Shown piece after piece: positions 14,520-49,989 of a stretch of DNA of 64,000 nt. The stretch is from Lama guanicoe (Eukaryota). Location: the NCBI GenBank assembly GCA_013239625.1, contig MU054187.1, positions 15,702,941 to 15,766,940 on the forward strand, written 5' to 3'. The translations under genes and the position numbers were made by a program. How positions within the stretch are numbered: the first letter of the stretch is position 1; every line of letters begins with the position of its first letter. The notes below the pieces were generated by a model, which saw nothing but the letters and a program-made list of their open reading frames with translations, made no database searches and had not been told where the DNA came from.

Positions 14520-14988
14520 TCTTTTTATTTTATTTTATTTTATTGTGCTAAGAGCATATAACATGAGTGCTACCTTTTTAAGCAAATTTTCAAGTGTGTG
14601 ATATTGTTGGCTGCTATAGTGTTGTACAGCGGATTTCTAAAGTTTATTCATCTTGTTTCACTAAAATTTCATACTCTTTAATAGTAATTTCTTATTTCTT
14701 CCTCCCCCTGGCCCCTGACAACCACCATTCCTCTCTTTGAATCTATGAGTGTAACTGCTTTAGATTTCTCATATTAATGGAATCGTGCAGTATTTGTCTT
14801 TCTTGCAATGGGCTTATTTTACTTATCATAATGTTTTTAAGGGTCATTCGTGTTGTAGCACGTAACAGTAATTAATTCCTTTTTAAAGCTGAATAGTTTT
14901 CCGTTGTAGACCACATTTTGTTATCCATTCATCCATTGATGGGCATTTATGCTGTTCCCATTCTGGCTCTTGTGCATAGTGCTGTAGT
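14520..14988 (-). mobile_element. L1MA/MB-like 3' end fragment
   Basis: T-rich tail, then CCCCTGACAACCACCATTC..CTATGAGT..TTAGATTTCTCATAT..TTATCCATTCATCCATTGATGGGCATTTA. Confidence 0.85.
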
Positions 14989-17319
14989 GTCCTCTGACCA
15001 TCTCACCAACTTTATGTTGCTCTCAAGGGTCACTTATATGTGTTACCTCACATGTTAATGCCATTTGCTCTTGTTAGTTCATAATTTACTTAGAATTTTG
15101 CATAATTTAATGAAATAAGAGTGTTAAGAGAAAAAATTTTTTTCCTGAAAAACCAAGGGAAATACTTTGGAAGTGAATAAAAGCAAGCTGGTTAAAATAT
15201 ACTAAAAATTTCAAAACAATGGAAAATTCTAGAAGGCTTTTGTATTCCAGTTGCTTTACAGATACCTTTAACATTTTCCTCCACTTAAAAAAAATGCTAG
15301 AAATCAAAGGCAGTGTATGGGATTTATATATAAAAAAAAAAGAATAAAGAATCCCAAGCTGTAGGTTCTTAGTCAAATAAAAGTTCTTGGTGATCCAACA
15401 AAACAGTAGCAGTCATACATATTAAATGGATACACCATTTCTATAATTCTGTTTCAATTATTTTATTTGCTTAACTAGTTCAGTAAATTACCAATTCTAG
15501 AATTCAAGAAAATAGGATTTCTAGTATACTTTGTAATTTATTTGAGGAAAAAAAATAATGTAAAGAGAATCTTTTTCTCTATTAGAATTAGGCTGACTGG
15601 ATTCTGTAGGAGTTTGCACATCTAAATATTGTTTGGAAGACAGACTTGAGGAGCTATGCCTGCTATTTGGATTGGCTCTATCTTCTGGAAATTCTGGAGT
15701 TTTTACTCAATAACATGAACAAAATAGTTTACAGTAAAGAACATGGATGAGAAACAGGTTTCACCATGAAAGCCAGCTCTGATTAACTGCTAGTGGCTAC
15801 TTGAGGATCTGTGCTGAGATGAATTTAAAGCCCCTTCCACTTTCGAGTGAAGCACCCTGGTCCATGGTGAGGACACCCACAGGCACAGGATGGAGCAGAC
15901 CAGTAAAACTATGACAGCCTTATTCTTCTGAGCTACCTCCACATTTCTCTTAGTGTTTTGCAGTCTTATAAATGAATGGTTTTCTACGTATTTCTTTTCT
16001 TCTTTTCCTTCTGTTGAGGACATTCCCACTGGCGACATACCTGGGCATCGGTTAGCCACTACATTAATGAGAAAGATCGTGGGCTATGCACAATGCACCG
16101 TTATGGTTGACACTGGAAACACAGCATGTCTTTGCGCCTCACCACAAATGAGAACCACTTCATTCAAATGAAAACCACAGGATTTGCTTGCTGTACCCTT
16201 GAAAAACTGAGTAACTACAGTTAACTTTCACTAAACAAAAGCAGTCCCTAAAATTTATCCCCCAAATACTATCCTTACAATTAAGAGTGCTACAGAATAT
16301 GAAGGCAAGAGACCATTCCAATGATCAATATTTAATTTAGTGAATTTAATTTCAATGAATCTGGATGCTAAAATGACTCCCTGCTATTTTCACCATTCTT
16401 CACATGGCTTTGAGTTTATTTTAAGAGGCCAGTCTTCCCAGATGAAAAATAGAGTAATTTTTAAGATACCATAGTCACAAGGTTTATGGTATTAAGAAAG
16501 TGAATAAGAAATATTACTTGGCAGTAATCTTTAACAAATGTGGAAAATGAAATTCTGACTTTTTAATGTAAATGTGGCTGGAATTATTTCTTGGAAGAGA
16601 AAATCAATAAACATATTCTCAGAAATAAAATATAATCTATGAATATTATCTTCTAAATGTTCCCCACACTCTAAATGCTCCTTGTCACATGTACACATAA
16701 AAGATACAGTGTGCTATATAGATGTTAGATATGAGAAAGTTGATGATGCAAATGTGTAGATCTGCACACGTTAGGGATAATTTTATTTTGGTTTAATGCC
16801 TAGAATATAATTGGCCAGGAGTAAAAAGAAATGAAACCTTATTCATATAACAATTATTTATCCAATGCCTACAACATGCTAGCAACTGTCTGGTTCTGCC
16901 CTTGGGAAGTTTACCAACATGCAAAGGACAGGCTCGTAGGTTAATAGCTGAAGAGAATTTGTCACAGGTCATATTAGGGCTATGCCCAGGCTTCTACCGA
17001 AATGTATCATAAATCCCTGTCATTCCCAACTTGTTTTACCCCAGCATAAACCAAGTTAGCTTTATTGTACAGATAAGAAAACTTGAAATTATTAAGTGCT
17101 CATGTTAAGTGTTAACTTACAGTCTTGACTTACCAAATCTATAACAGTAAAGCAAGTCCCACATTTTAGAACATGTGGCATGTGATTTCAGCCACTCAAA
17201 TGGGATAAATCATGCTATAATTACAGTTTACAAGCCGGACATATTCTCTTTTCAATGTTTAATCCTCTTAATGACATTATTTATTTTTTACTGGAAACCA
17301 ATTTAGGAAATCATGTTAG

Positions 17320-17562
17320 TCCACTAAGCACTTCAGATAAGGTGATTCCACGAAGCATTCCAACATTATCACAAGGAATTGCTTTCGCATGCCATAAAAG
17401 AAAAAGAAATAAGCAGAATATGGCCTGCTGAAGGAGTTTACAGTTTTACAGCCCCTCCCACTGCAGCACATAAGTCACTCAGTTACAGTTAACTTTGGAT
17501 TATCCCTCCCAGATTGAAAGCCAGACAGCCATCACGCACTCTGGGCCCGTGGTGCCACTTTT
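17320..17562 (+). promoter_or_regulatory. Proximal non-CpG-island promoter / 5'UTR of HNF4G
   Basis: Directly upstream of coding exon 1 and apparently repeat-free; AGATAA 17335, TTATCA 17366 (GATA), GCCATAAAA 17391 (CDX-type), TTAACTTTGGAT 17489 (HNF4-like on minus strand). Confidence 0.6.
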
Positions 17563-39461
<21,899 letters not shown>

Positions 39462-40414
39462 GAACACGTTTACTTCTGGACGGCACTGCAGAAATGTGAA
39501 AAGGTGTTGGCCTTGCGATATCTCAGGATAGCACTTTTGGCAGACCCTTAGCCAAGGCTCCTTCATGGTGCTGTATAAGGTGGAATCCCGTTTTCTTGTT
39601 TATATGCTCACGCCGTTTGTTGTTGCTGTTGTTTAAAACCTTTAGACGCAACCAATGTATATCTGAGTTTCTGTATGTTCATATAGTATATGTTTTCCAA
39701 CTTCCCTTGTACTGTGCCTGAACCAGTGGAATCTTATGTACTACTTTCATTTGTTGTCTTATTATTAATTTAAATCTGTAAATAATTGCTTTATGGTGAT
39801 GTGATGCGGAACTAAGCATTCTTTTTTTTGACCGAGAACAGTAGATCAGAAATCCCAGATTCATATTAAATGAACCAACTCTTTAAATAAATTTTAAACC
39901 TTGCAAACTTGAAAAACAAAGCAGTTGCTGTAGAATACAGTGTGTTTCTTTGAAGAATCACTTAAGGATATCCTGTGGCTAAGAAGCATCTTTTTGGTCC
40001 ACAGTTAAATATTGCCTATAATAAGTTTAGAAAATTATAAATAAGCATTCCAAAGATGCCTGGGTATTCCTTGAAATCTGCTGGTATTTGAAGATGTATG
40101 TTAAGATAAAACATGTTAGTTTTAACAGATAGGATACAAGCTAAACTGTAAAAAAAGAAACTCTTAAAAAGAGTGGCACAACAAAAACAGACATTGTTTC
40201 CCTCTCCTCAGTCAGTCTAGAAGTTGTCATCCATTGATTAGAACTTAGCAGGTGCCCACATCTAGTTCCCAGGGAGGCCCGGAGGGTAGTCTTTGGATAG
40301 AAAGCCCTTGTGCCAACTAAAACTGAACGTGTCTGGGCTTCGGATATTTGCGGACAAGTTAGCCATCTGTCACACGTGTTGCCTCATTTCTTTTATAAAT
40401 AAAGCAAGCTTTAG

Positions 40415-40500
40415 CTTGGAGGGGTTAAGTCACGTAACCAAAGTTCATCAACCTAAAGAGTAGGAGAGCCACATTCAAGCCCAGGTCTGACTGACTTTGA
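40415..40500 (-). mobile_element. MIR fragment inside the 3'UTR
   Basis: GGTTAAGTCACGTAACCAAAGTTCA..GGAGAGCCACATTCAAGCCCAGGTCTGACTGACT. Confidence 0.7.
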
Positions 40501-40910
40501 TGAGAAAAAATCTTTGGTTGTAAAGCAAATGTGAGACTCTTACTATGGTTTCTAAATATATGCAATTGAACGATGATTGAATATTACCCATTGTGTTACC
40601 TGTAACACAGGTTTCCATGTAAGTAATGAATGTAAATTTGTTTCAGAATAAGAAACCACTTCTGTACTTTCGATGAGTCTTCTCTCTGGGAAGTACGAAA
40701 CGAACTCTTAAACAGATTACAGAAAATAAAATATATACCAGGTAGGCTATGATGAAAGCAAAAACAAATTTAAATCACGGACTCAGCACGTTTTCAAAAA
40801 TCCAGTGGGCTGAGGAGTATAGTTCATTGGAGACAGAAAAAATGATATTATCTAAAGCTGGAGCTTATTTTAAAACAGTTAATGATGGGCTGCTTCGAGA
40901 AACAGTGATA

Positions 40911-40976
40911 TCTCTCTCTCCTCTCTCTCTCTCTCTCTCTTTCTCTCTCACACACACACACGCACACACACACACA
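40911..40976. repeat. Compound (TC)n(AC)n microsatellite in the 3'UTR
   Basis: Seen directly, with a few interruptions. Confidence 0.95.
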
Positions 40977-41851
40977 ATTTATTTGCTGAAGCAGGGAAAA
41001 ACTTTTAGGAATTATTGTATAGGAAGGGTTTCCCAAGCTGCAAGAGACTGAATTAAATGATTTTAACAGAACCTTTCAAAATATCTAAGATTATAATTTC
41101 ATAGTCCCCGCTTCCCCTACAAATAAAAAGCTTCTGTTAATGTTGAACTAACTTAATAACTCTTAAAATGAAAAAATGATTACTTAGAAGCTATCATTGA
41201 TTTAACAGAATCAAAATTCCTTTAAGAGCTGGTACCTGGAAACTGTAAAATATATCTTTGAGAGAGAGTTAGGACAGAAAAAAGAATGTAACTCATTTTT
41301 TTTTGAAAATTTAAACTAGAGTCTCTATTTCATGAATAAAAATGCTTTTGATTTTTATAAATGGACATATCTTTTGTAGTTTTGGTTTAATTTCTTGCGT
41401 GGTTTTCTTAGAAGATACTAAAAAACCTTTAAAATAAAAAACATAATTCATTTTTAGTGAACCCTCTAACTTGTCTGCATTTATTTACTTTGCAGCAGTG
41501 TTTTAGAAATCATTGCTAATGAATTTGTCTTAAGTATGGTCAGGGAATGTGTAATATAATATTTTTGTATATTTAACTGCCAAAAATGCTGGACAAAGGG
41601 GAACTGAAGTTTTCAGCATATTTTCAAACCATTGATAAGGAAACTTGTTGCTTTCATATAGCACAAAACTGTTTTCAGGTAATAAGAAAGAATAATTTAT
41701 TGTGAAATAATGATTCATTTTATAAATGTAAAATTATTTTTATAAATTTCATTGTTGAAAATCAAAAATGACTAGATTTTTTTAAAATGTTAAATTATAG
41801 TGAGATTAAACTATTTCTAAGCTGTGATACCATGTTTCACTGAACTTTCTA

Positions 41852-41900
41852 AATAAAAATTGAGGAAAAAAACTGAAGTGTGGTGCTTTGTTATTGTTCA
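41852..41900 (+). terminator. Polyadenylation signal AATAAA plus downstream GU/U-rich element
   Basis: AATAAA at 41852-41857, followed ~20 nt later by GTGTGGTGCTTTGTTATTGTT. Confidence 0.65.
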
Positions 41901-44900
41901 AAAATGATTTAATAATTTTAGAGATACTGATGATATCTTTTGTGTGGTCATTTAATTAAGTTTACATAGAGTTGGAGTTTGCAAATACTTGTCTTTAGAG
42001 GCTAGAGCCAAATTAATTGGCATGTCTTCAAATAATCATATAGTTGGACAATGATTGAAGGGAGAATCCTCACATTTGCACTTTAATTATGTAGTTTTGC
42101 TTGAAAGTTTTGTCAGAATGATTAAAATAGCTGACCTAGGCTGGCTTACGCACTGCACACATATATTTAGCATGTAAAGTTTTAACCTAAATGCTTTCAT
42201 TGCTGTTATCCTTCATTCATATTTAAAGCTTCTTTGTAACATTTCTTACCTTATGAAGACCAGTGATTTTGTTTTTATAGAATTCTACGAGGTTGTATTT
42301 TATTTTTACTCTTATCCAGGTAATATGTGCACATCATTTAAAAACACAAATTGTACTTAAAGTGTAGAGTGAAACCCTGCCGTCCTCCACCCGTCACGCC
42401 CCTGCTCTCCGTGCTCTGCTCCTCAGTAACTGTATTCTATTATTGCAGCTGTTTTAGCTGGTATTTTTCACCAAGTTTTGAAAGCATATGTTTATATCAT
42501 ATTTTGTAATTTTTTTTCGGTTTTAGGCATCTGTATACAAACCACATTCTTCCAGCTTCCTAATGAATCAATATTTTTACTTAGTAGTTACTATTTAAAT
42601 AATTTTTGTAACCATTATTTTGAAAAAAGAAACAGGCAATTTTTAGAACTCTGTGGAGACTAGAGGAAATATACCCTAATTTTACAGAGAAAGTGAGAAG
42701 AGAAAGAAGAGCACGAGCTCTGGTTCACAGAAGGAATGTGACTGAGAATCAAAAAAACATATCAAATACAAGAATAATAAAGTTTGTTGTCACCCTGTCC
42801 TTGAGTGACATCCATTTCAACTTGGTTGTTTGAGATGATGCTTTTACCTAATGGCCCTTCCTTCCCTCCACTGAATTGCCCAGAGAAAGGCTTCTTAAAA
42901 ATAAGACAGATCTATACAGGTACTGAAACTTCAATTTTTTTTTTCTCCAAAATATGTGTCAGATGACATCAGAGTAAAGGAAATGCAGACAAGTCTGTGA
43001 TTAATCATAGGCATAATGGTACTTCTGGGAGAGTAATGTGAAATTCCGCAGCAGAGACTTCAAAATCTCCAGTGCTGTAACACTAGAAGCCACGACCAAG
43101 GGAGAAGCAAGAGGCAGTTGGTGGAGGTCAAATCCAAGAACAGAAGGGGCTACAGCAGTGACCCAGGGTGGAGGGCCTGTATGGAGGGTCGTCATTTTCC
43201 CTTGAGGCAGACAGGCTGGTCAAGGAAGGAGGGTCAGGGCCACAGCAGTTTCCAAAGAGAGGAGTTGCATTTAGTTACAGAAGGGAGAGAAAGATCGTAA
43301 CTTCGATACTGTAACAATCATGTGGCAAAAAGACCCAATTCAAGAGTGAACTTCCCTCCGGCGCTGTGTCCGCCTGCAGAGATGCGTCCTTCCTGGCCAA
43401 CTGGAGAACTGCCAACATGCAGGAAAGATTTTTAACCAATAAAAGATATCTTGGTAGTTCTAGAGTGAAAGTAAAGTTAAGGGGAATTTTAATATAAGCA
43501 TATTTAGTACTTGACAAGTATTCATTTTGTACATACTGTGTTCAAGGAATGTACTAACTAGACTTGGTCAGAAATACAAATGAATGAAATATATTTTTGT
43601 TCTTAAGGGGTGTGAAATTGAGCGAGAAAGACTGACAAGCGATTAATATTTATGACAAAGAATGCAGTCAGTGGAAGTGTGCAAATGTATCATAGGGATT
43701 AAGAGTTCAGGTTTAGCTGAGATGCACGTGCGGGCTCTGTAACAACAAACAAATGCACAAAAAAGTGTGTCAATTACAAAACTAACATTAGAGAAGCTAT
43801 TGTAAAGGTGAATTCAGAAAGTTTATTAAAAGTGCTTATCATGAAATCTGGGGCTTAGTAAACACTAAAAAAAATTAACAATTGCTGTTTAAGGTACAAA
43901 CAATGAAGCCTGAGAACCGAGATTTTAAAAAATCAGTGGTTTTTAGCATGATTATTGGAAGGTTCAGTTTAAAATTATGATCTAGTGAAAGTATTAGCTA
44001 TTTGTCTTAAGTATATTTTCACATTGACATATCCCTTCCCTTAGTTTCTTAAAACATACTTTGGAGAAATTTATCTTTAAAATATCATTTTGAAAAACAA
44101 TGAGGTTATTTTTCAGGCTATTTGTGATAAATCATCTTAATAATTCTATTAAGAGCTTAAGTGATTAATCTACTTTTTTAACCAGTTAAATAAACACTCA
44201 GGTTATGTGCTTCCTTTAAAAAGTGATCCACATAGTCTTGTTTTATTCGTAACTTGACTATATACCAGAGATTTTACACATATTGCATATTATTTCTTCT
44301 ATAGGACACTCTAATATGGCCATGCTATTTTCATTTTCTGGTAAAGCATTGCAGTAGACAGTACATAAGCTACCCAAGGACCTACTGACCAACATTTTAC
44401 CAACATAACTGCAAACACTGTAATTATTGAACTATGAAAAAAGACAAATATCTGTATTTGTTGTAACCAAAAGCCCTTTGAATTTATAAATCATAATTTT
44501 AAAATATTTACATACATAATATCTACTATAATACATATTTTTGTTATTATATAAGAACTGCCTGGCTGGAAAAGGACTGGTCAATATGCAAAGAAGTGGT
44601 TAATTCCTATCCAGGAATTGATGGTGCACCTGAACTAGGTACTTAGAATGACCCCAAGGACATAGCCCAGGGGTCCAAGTTTTATGTGGCGATGCTTAAG
44701 ATCTAGGCAGTCTGAGTGACAGGCTGTATTCTTGCTGCTCTGTGTGCTATAAATAATTACACAGGTGCAATTGCAAGGGTGCTATAAATGAGAATCAGTC
44801 GAAGCTAATGCCTATAGGTTGAGAATTTTCTGTAATTACAGAAAGCTCAAAGTGCTAGTCATACATGGATTTTGAGAGCTGGCCAAGTATTCACAGCAAT

Positions 44901-47544
44901 TCATTCTGGGGCCAGGACTGTCTCCTGACTCCCAGGTGAATTCAGATAAGATCAGATACAAAGTAAAGCCTTCCCTGGGAAACCATCTGAGAAACGACAA
45001 AACGATCTCTGCAACTTGTGTATTTTCACAGCTAAAAGATTAACAGAATTTTAGTAGCAGTGAGTATAAAAAGGAAGACATTTACTTAAAAGTATATTTT
45101 AATAAATGAAATTATAATTAATGCACATGAAAATAGTTTGGTTTTTCCGAAAATATCTTTCGGAAGAAGTAGTCTTTTTTTTTTTCCTCTCTAAAATTTA
45201 GCACTGAAAGATGCTTTGGTAAATTGTAAAACTGGATTCAAATGTGAGGCTAGAATGAGAAAAGTGTCCTGTTGGAAATTTGGACGTGTGTGCCACAATC
45301 AACATACATAGGCATAGCCCACCAAGCCCTATGTATTATTATATACACTCTGTCTCGCCAACATAACCATTTCCCATTCGATCCTCTTCACTCTCTCTGC
45401 TGGACTTTCATCACCATCATCATTTATGTTAGTGTAATTTAGGGCTTTTGTCCATTCAGAATACTCTTCATACGGTTAACACGTTATTAACAGTTCATGT
45501 TGCAGCTCCTATGTCACCTCTTCACAGAAACTTTGCCCCCTGAGTTCTCGCTTCTCTTATCACAGTAACGAGTGCCTGTAAACATGTCTCTCAACTAATA
45601 ATTATTTATATTTTTTGTTTGTTCATTTGCCTACTCTTTCTTCCCCCACCAACCCATCTGAATAAGAATCATGTTGAATTTATTTATCATTGTACCCCTA
45701 GTAGAATAAAAAAGAATGTAGCTCACCCACAAGGGGAAAAAACTACAAAAAGAAGAAAAGTACAGAGAAGACCTAAAAAAAAAACAAAAAACAAAAACAG
45801 AAAGCATTTTGATACTTCCAAGTTCACTGCGAGTTTATGCTGAATGTCAGTGGGTATAAGTTGAAGTTAGGAAGCAATGAAATCACAATAGCTTGAAGCA
45901 ACTCCAAACTCTAAACCACATCCAACTGGAAAAAAAATTTGTAGAGATGTTACAATTTTAAAGAAAGTATTTTCAATAGCATATTCTGAAATATAATTCC
46001 CGAAGTTATCAGCTAACAGAAGTTCTTTTGTAACTAATTAATAATTTGTTTAATATTATCCCTTTGTTTTTCCAAGACTATTTCTTAACTCTATAATTTT
46101 CCCTCTTTCACTCTTATCCAGCTTTCACTTTCAGATCCGTCTCGTATTTTCATCACTGAATGAAATACAGAGTCATACACTCACTCCCTACAGACTGGTA
46201 AAGTGCACTTTGGGTCTTCGGTAGCTCCGCTAAGATGTTTTCAAGCTTTTGATACCTGTGTACAAATCTCTTTATTTGTGCTTGAGACTAAACCTTTTAT
46301 AACAGTAGTCTGATCAAGAGCGTTGTCAATGTTTGTTCTTATAATTCTTCATGCTGAAACAATTTCCATTAGCATCTAATTCCCAAGAGGAAATTTCTAT
46401 TCTGGAGAGTAAAACATAAATATCGCAGAAAACTAACACAGGAAGGGAAGTGACCAGAGATGGATGAGAGGTGCCCTCGGGTAGGAACTGGATACCCAGC
46501 CACATAAACCAACTAGGAGACCTGGGTGCTCAGGGCAGCGACTCAGCCTTGTCATGGCTTTACTGAAAACACCCACACCAATAAATCAAAAGTATTCTTC
46601 TTTTATTAATCACATGCTAGCCTTAGTTTAATGTATAGTCATACTCATCTTAAGCAGTGAATTTACTATTTTAGAATAAACACAGGAGCACTAATTTGTT
46701 TTTAAATAATTTTCCAACAGTATTACTTGGTATTCAGTGGTGGCTAATTTGTCAGATTTGGACTTTGGGCTTGGGAGTTTCCCATCATGAAACCTTTGGG
46801 TTACATAGTGTTCAGTTAAAGTTTTATTTATGACGCTAAATATCTGAGATATCTGTAAGCCATATATATGATTGTATAAAGATATATTATTATATTTATA
46901 TGACATAATAAATATAATTATATAAATTTTATTTATATAATTTTATAAATATAATTGTATATTATACACTTATTATGATCATTTACACAATAACTATATA
47001 GATGGTATTCCAAACACTGAGGTGATATGTATGCATGACAAGTAAAATTAGAAAGAGAATTGAAGATAGGAGTTAGTTAAGGAGTAGAAGTGATCTTCAG
47101 ATAGAAACAAGGATTTATCAAAACCAACTTTCTGAACATTTTCTTCCATAATCCCTGTTAAGCATTTAGATCTCACTAATAAAATCCGGCAGTATAGTTA
47201 ATCTTTAAGCTTTGTACCAGTGTTCTTCGTAATTCTGTTACCTGGAGTCATATTAGGGAAAAGAAAGACAGAAAGCCCAAAATGCAAAAACAGTTGCATA
47301 TTATTCACAGCTTCAAAATCACTGTGTGATAAAATATTTTTTATTTTTGCGTATCAGAATTCTTTGCTACAACTTCATGAGATTCCTCCTCCCTGGGGTA
47401 ATGTACGTGCCCTATTATTGGCCTGCTAACAGGCACTTCAACCAGCTTTTAATTTTATATCCTTTGAGCAAGAATTGATGAAAGTTAACAAGACTGCTGG
47501 CTTGAAACCATGCAAATGAATAAATGGAGTTTCATATTGTAATA

Positions 47545-47985
47545 CAAATTTAAAACCTTAAAACTGCCTTGGTGTTTGCGGAAAATGAGGAACTATCAGA
47601 AAGAGAAACTGAACTAACAGAAAGCAATTATTTGGATCAGAAATTTGGATTTACATGAAAAAAGAACATTGGAAAAGAACTAAAGGCAAAATAAAATGTT
47701 TCATTTTCTTATTTTTAACTGATCCAAAAGCAATAGATGTTTTTAGCAATAGATGATTATAACACACACATGTGTGGCGTGACTGACAGCCATATCACAA
47801 GGAATGGGGGGGAGGAGTTGGGAATACTCAAAGTTACTTGCATTACCTATAGCACAGTATCATATGTGAAGTGAATTTAGATGATTTTGAAATATATATT
47901 GTAAACTCTGGAGTAATCACTAAAATATGTTTTAAAAGAAGTATAAATGATATTGGAAAAAGAAATAAAACTGAATCATAAAATT
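47545..47985 (+). mobile_element. Old L1MC/MD-like fragment
   Basis: GGAGGAGTTGGGAATACTC..GTTACTTGCATTACCT..ATATATATTGTAAACTCTGGAGTAATCACTAAAA..GAAGTATAAATGATAT. Confidence 0.6.
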
Positions 47986-47989
47986 GAAT

Positions 47990-49960
47990 GATGACATCAG
48001 CATCATGGCAGCGTGAGGTGCTCCCTTTGTCTCTCCTCTTCACTCTACAACCAGTAAAACACCCACCACTCAGCAAGGTTCAGAGCTCTGCTCAACCTGC
48101 CAGAATGCTGAAGAGTCCCACACATCTGTACATCCCAAAGTCGGTGGACTGAATCACATAGAGGAGGCAGAAATGAGGAAGAGCGGAGGTGGCAGCTGGG
48201 ATCCTGGCCCCCTGGCTGCAAAGACTGAGCCTCCAGCCCCAGAGAACCTGGTGGAAGGTGATACATACGACTTTGGCCCCCTGGTTGCAGTGGTGTCCAC
48301 AGCCACAGGGAACTGGGCAGCAGCGCAGTGCGGCTGTGACCCCATCCCTCCATCTGGGGAGGCACCTGCACCTTTGGCACCTTCACTTGCAGTGACAGCT
48401 CCTGCAAATCCAACAATCCCAGATGCAGCAGAAGCACCTGAGACCCTGCCTGCCCCACCTCCAAGGAAGCTGAGCCCACAACCCTGGTGACGCTGGACAT
48501 GGCAGAGGTGCCCACAATCCCAGTGCCCCAGGTGGTGATGCCAGAAACAGCAATGACACTGGCAGGAGCAAGGCATGAGTGAGTCTGTGGTATGATCTGC
48601 CACAACATGGGCACTGGGCAATACTGACTCTGACAGAGGCTCTGGAGGCTAGAAATGGATTCTCAAGATAGTCTGAGGCAGCTCACCTAAGAGAGACCAA
48701 AACTTGTACTATAGCACCACCTACTGCAAAACAGAAGAAAGTAACTACTAACCTGTTGGATTGTTACAATCAAGTGAGACAAGCTTTACGTAAAGGTGTT
48801 CACTACTCCAAATGTGTCAGCAGTGAAACACCACATCAACCACCATGAAAAACCATGGTGACGGGGCATCGGAAAAGGAAAATAACAATCCTCCAGAAAC
48901 CAAACTTAAAGTCACGGACTATTGCGATCCGATAGAGAATTCAAAATAGCTGTCATGAAGAAACTCGGTGAGCTACAGGGTAACTCAGAATGACAGTTCA
49001 ACGAGCTTAGGAATAAAATCAGTAACAGAAGGACTACTTTACTAAAAAGATTGAAACTCTAAAAGTGAACCAAACAGAAATTCTGAAGCTAAACAACTCA
49101 ATCAATGAGATGAAGACGGCATTACAAAGTATTAAAAATAGAGCAGACCATATGGAAGAGAGAATTAGTGAGCATGAAGATGGGAATCTAGAAATGATAC
49201 AGATAGAATAGAACAGAGAACCAAGACGGACAAACAAACAAACAAAAAAGCCAAAATTCTATGAGAACTATCTGACTTCATTAGGAAACACAACATAAGG
49301 ATAATGGGTATCCCAGAAGAAGAGGAGAAGAAGAGGGTTTAATTAAAGAAATAATGGTTGAGACCTTCCCAAACCTGGGAAGGAAACCGAATATACAAGT
49401 TCATGAAGCTAAGAGAACACCTAATTACCTCAGTGCAAAAAGACCTTCAAGATACGTCATATTAAAACTGTCAGAAGTCAATGATGAAGAAAGATCTTAC
49501 AGGCAGTCATGGAGGAAAAAAGGTGGTAATCCACAAAGGAACCCCCATATGGCTATCAGCAGATTTCTCAGTAGAAACTGATCAGGCTGGGAGAGAGTGG
49601 AATAACATACTCAAAATTTGGAATGATAAAAACTGTCAGCCTAGAATGCTCTATCCAGCAAAGTTATTCTTCAGATATGAAGAAGAAATAAAGGCTTTCC
49701 CCGACAAACAAAAGCTGAGGGAGTTCATCACCACTAGACCTGCCTTACAAAAATTGTTGCAAGGGGCTCTTCCACCTGAAACATAAAGGTGAAAGTACAC
49801 AAGACTTTGAATAGGGTGGTGAATAGATATCAAAATCAGAAAACTGCAACCCTTTATCAGAACAAGTTGTTCATTAAAGCATTAAAGTTAAAGGGAAAAA
49901 GCTATAAAAAATAACTATACCCGCTTCAGTTTGGTAACAAACTCACAACATAAAAAGGGA
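47990..49960 (+). mobile_element. L1 5' portion: GC-rich 5'UTR, decayed ORF1 and inter-ORF region, no ORF2
   Basis: Starts GATGACATCAGCATCATGGCAGCGTGAGG; GC-rich until ~48700, then A-rich ORF1 remnants. Confidence 0.88.
48845..49786 (+). pseudogene. Disrupted L1 ORF1p (coiled coil, RRM, CTD)
   Basis: CACCATG at 48845; fragments DREFKIAVMKKL, NQTEILKLNNSINEMK, NIRIMGIPE, EIMVETFPNL, KGTPIWLSADFSVET..REWNNILK..CQPRMLYPAKLFF..FPDKQKLREFITTRPALQKLL, with stops and frameshifts. Confidence 0.92.
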
Positions 49961-49989
49961 TGTCTGCTTCATGTTGTGAGTGGTCAATG

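Larger units (their letters stand above)
39462..41880 (+). other. HNF4G: Probable HNF4G 3'UTR (~2.4 kb)
   Basis: Follows the stop codon; AT-rich; 3' end inferred from the poly(A) signal with a downstream GU-rich tract. Confidence 0.65.

Noticed and set aside
40749..41051. 100-aa ORF in the 3'UTR (and 62-aa antisense ORF)
   Set aside because: The frame is held open by the (TC)n(AC)n microsatellite, giving LSLS/HTHT translation.
46880..47000. Very AT-rich tract as S/MAR or origin
   Set aside because: Low-complexity sequence with no specific evidence of function.
49354..49786. Possible domesticated L1TD1-like gene
   Set aside because: ORF1 is broken by several stops and frameshifts and sits in ordinary L1 context.
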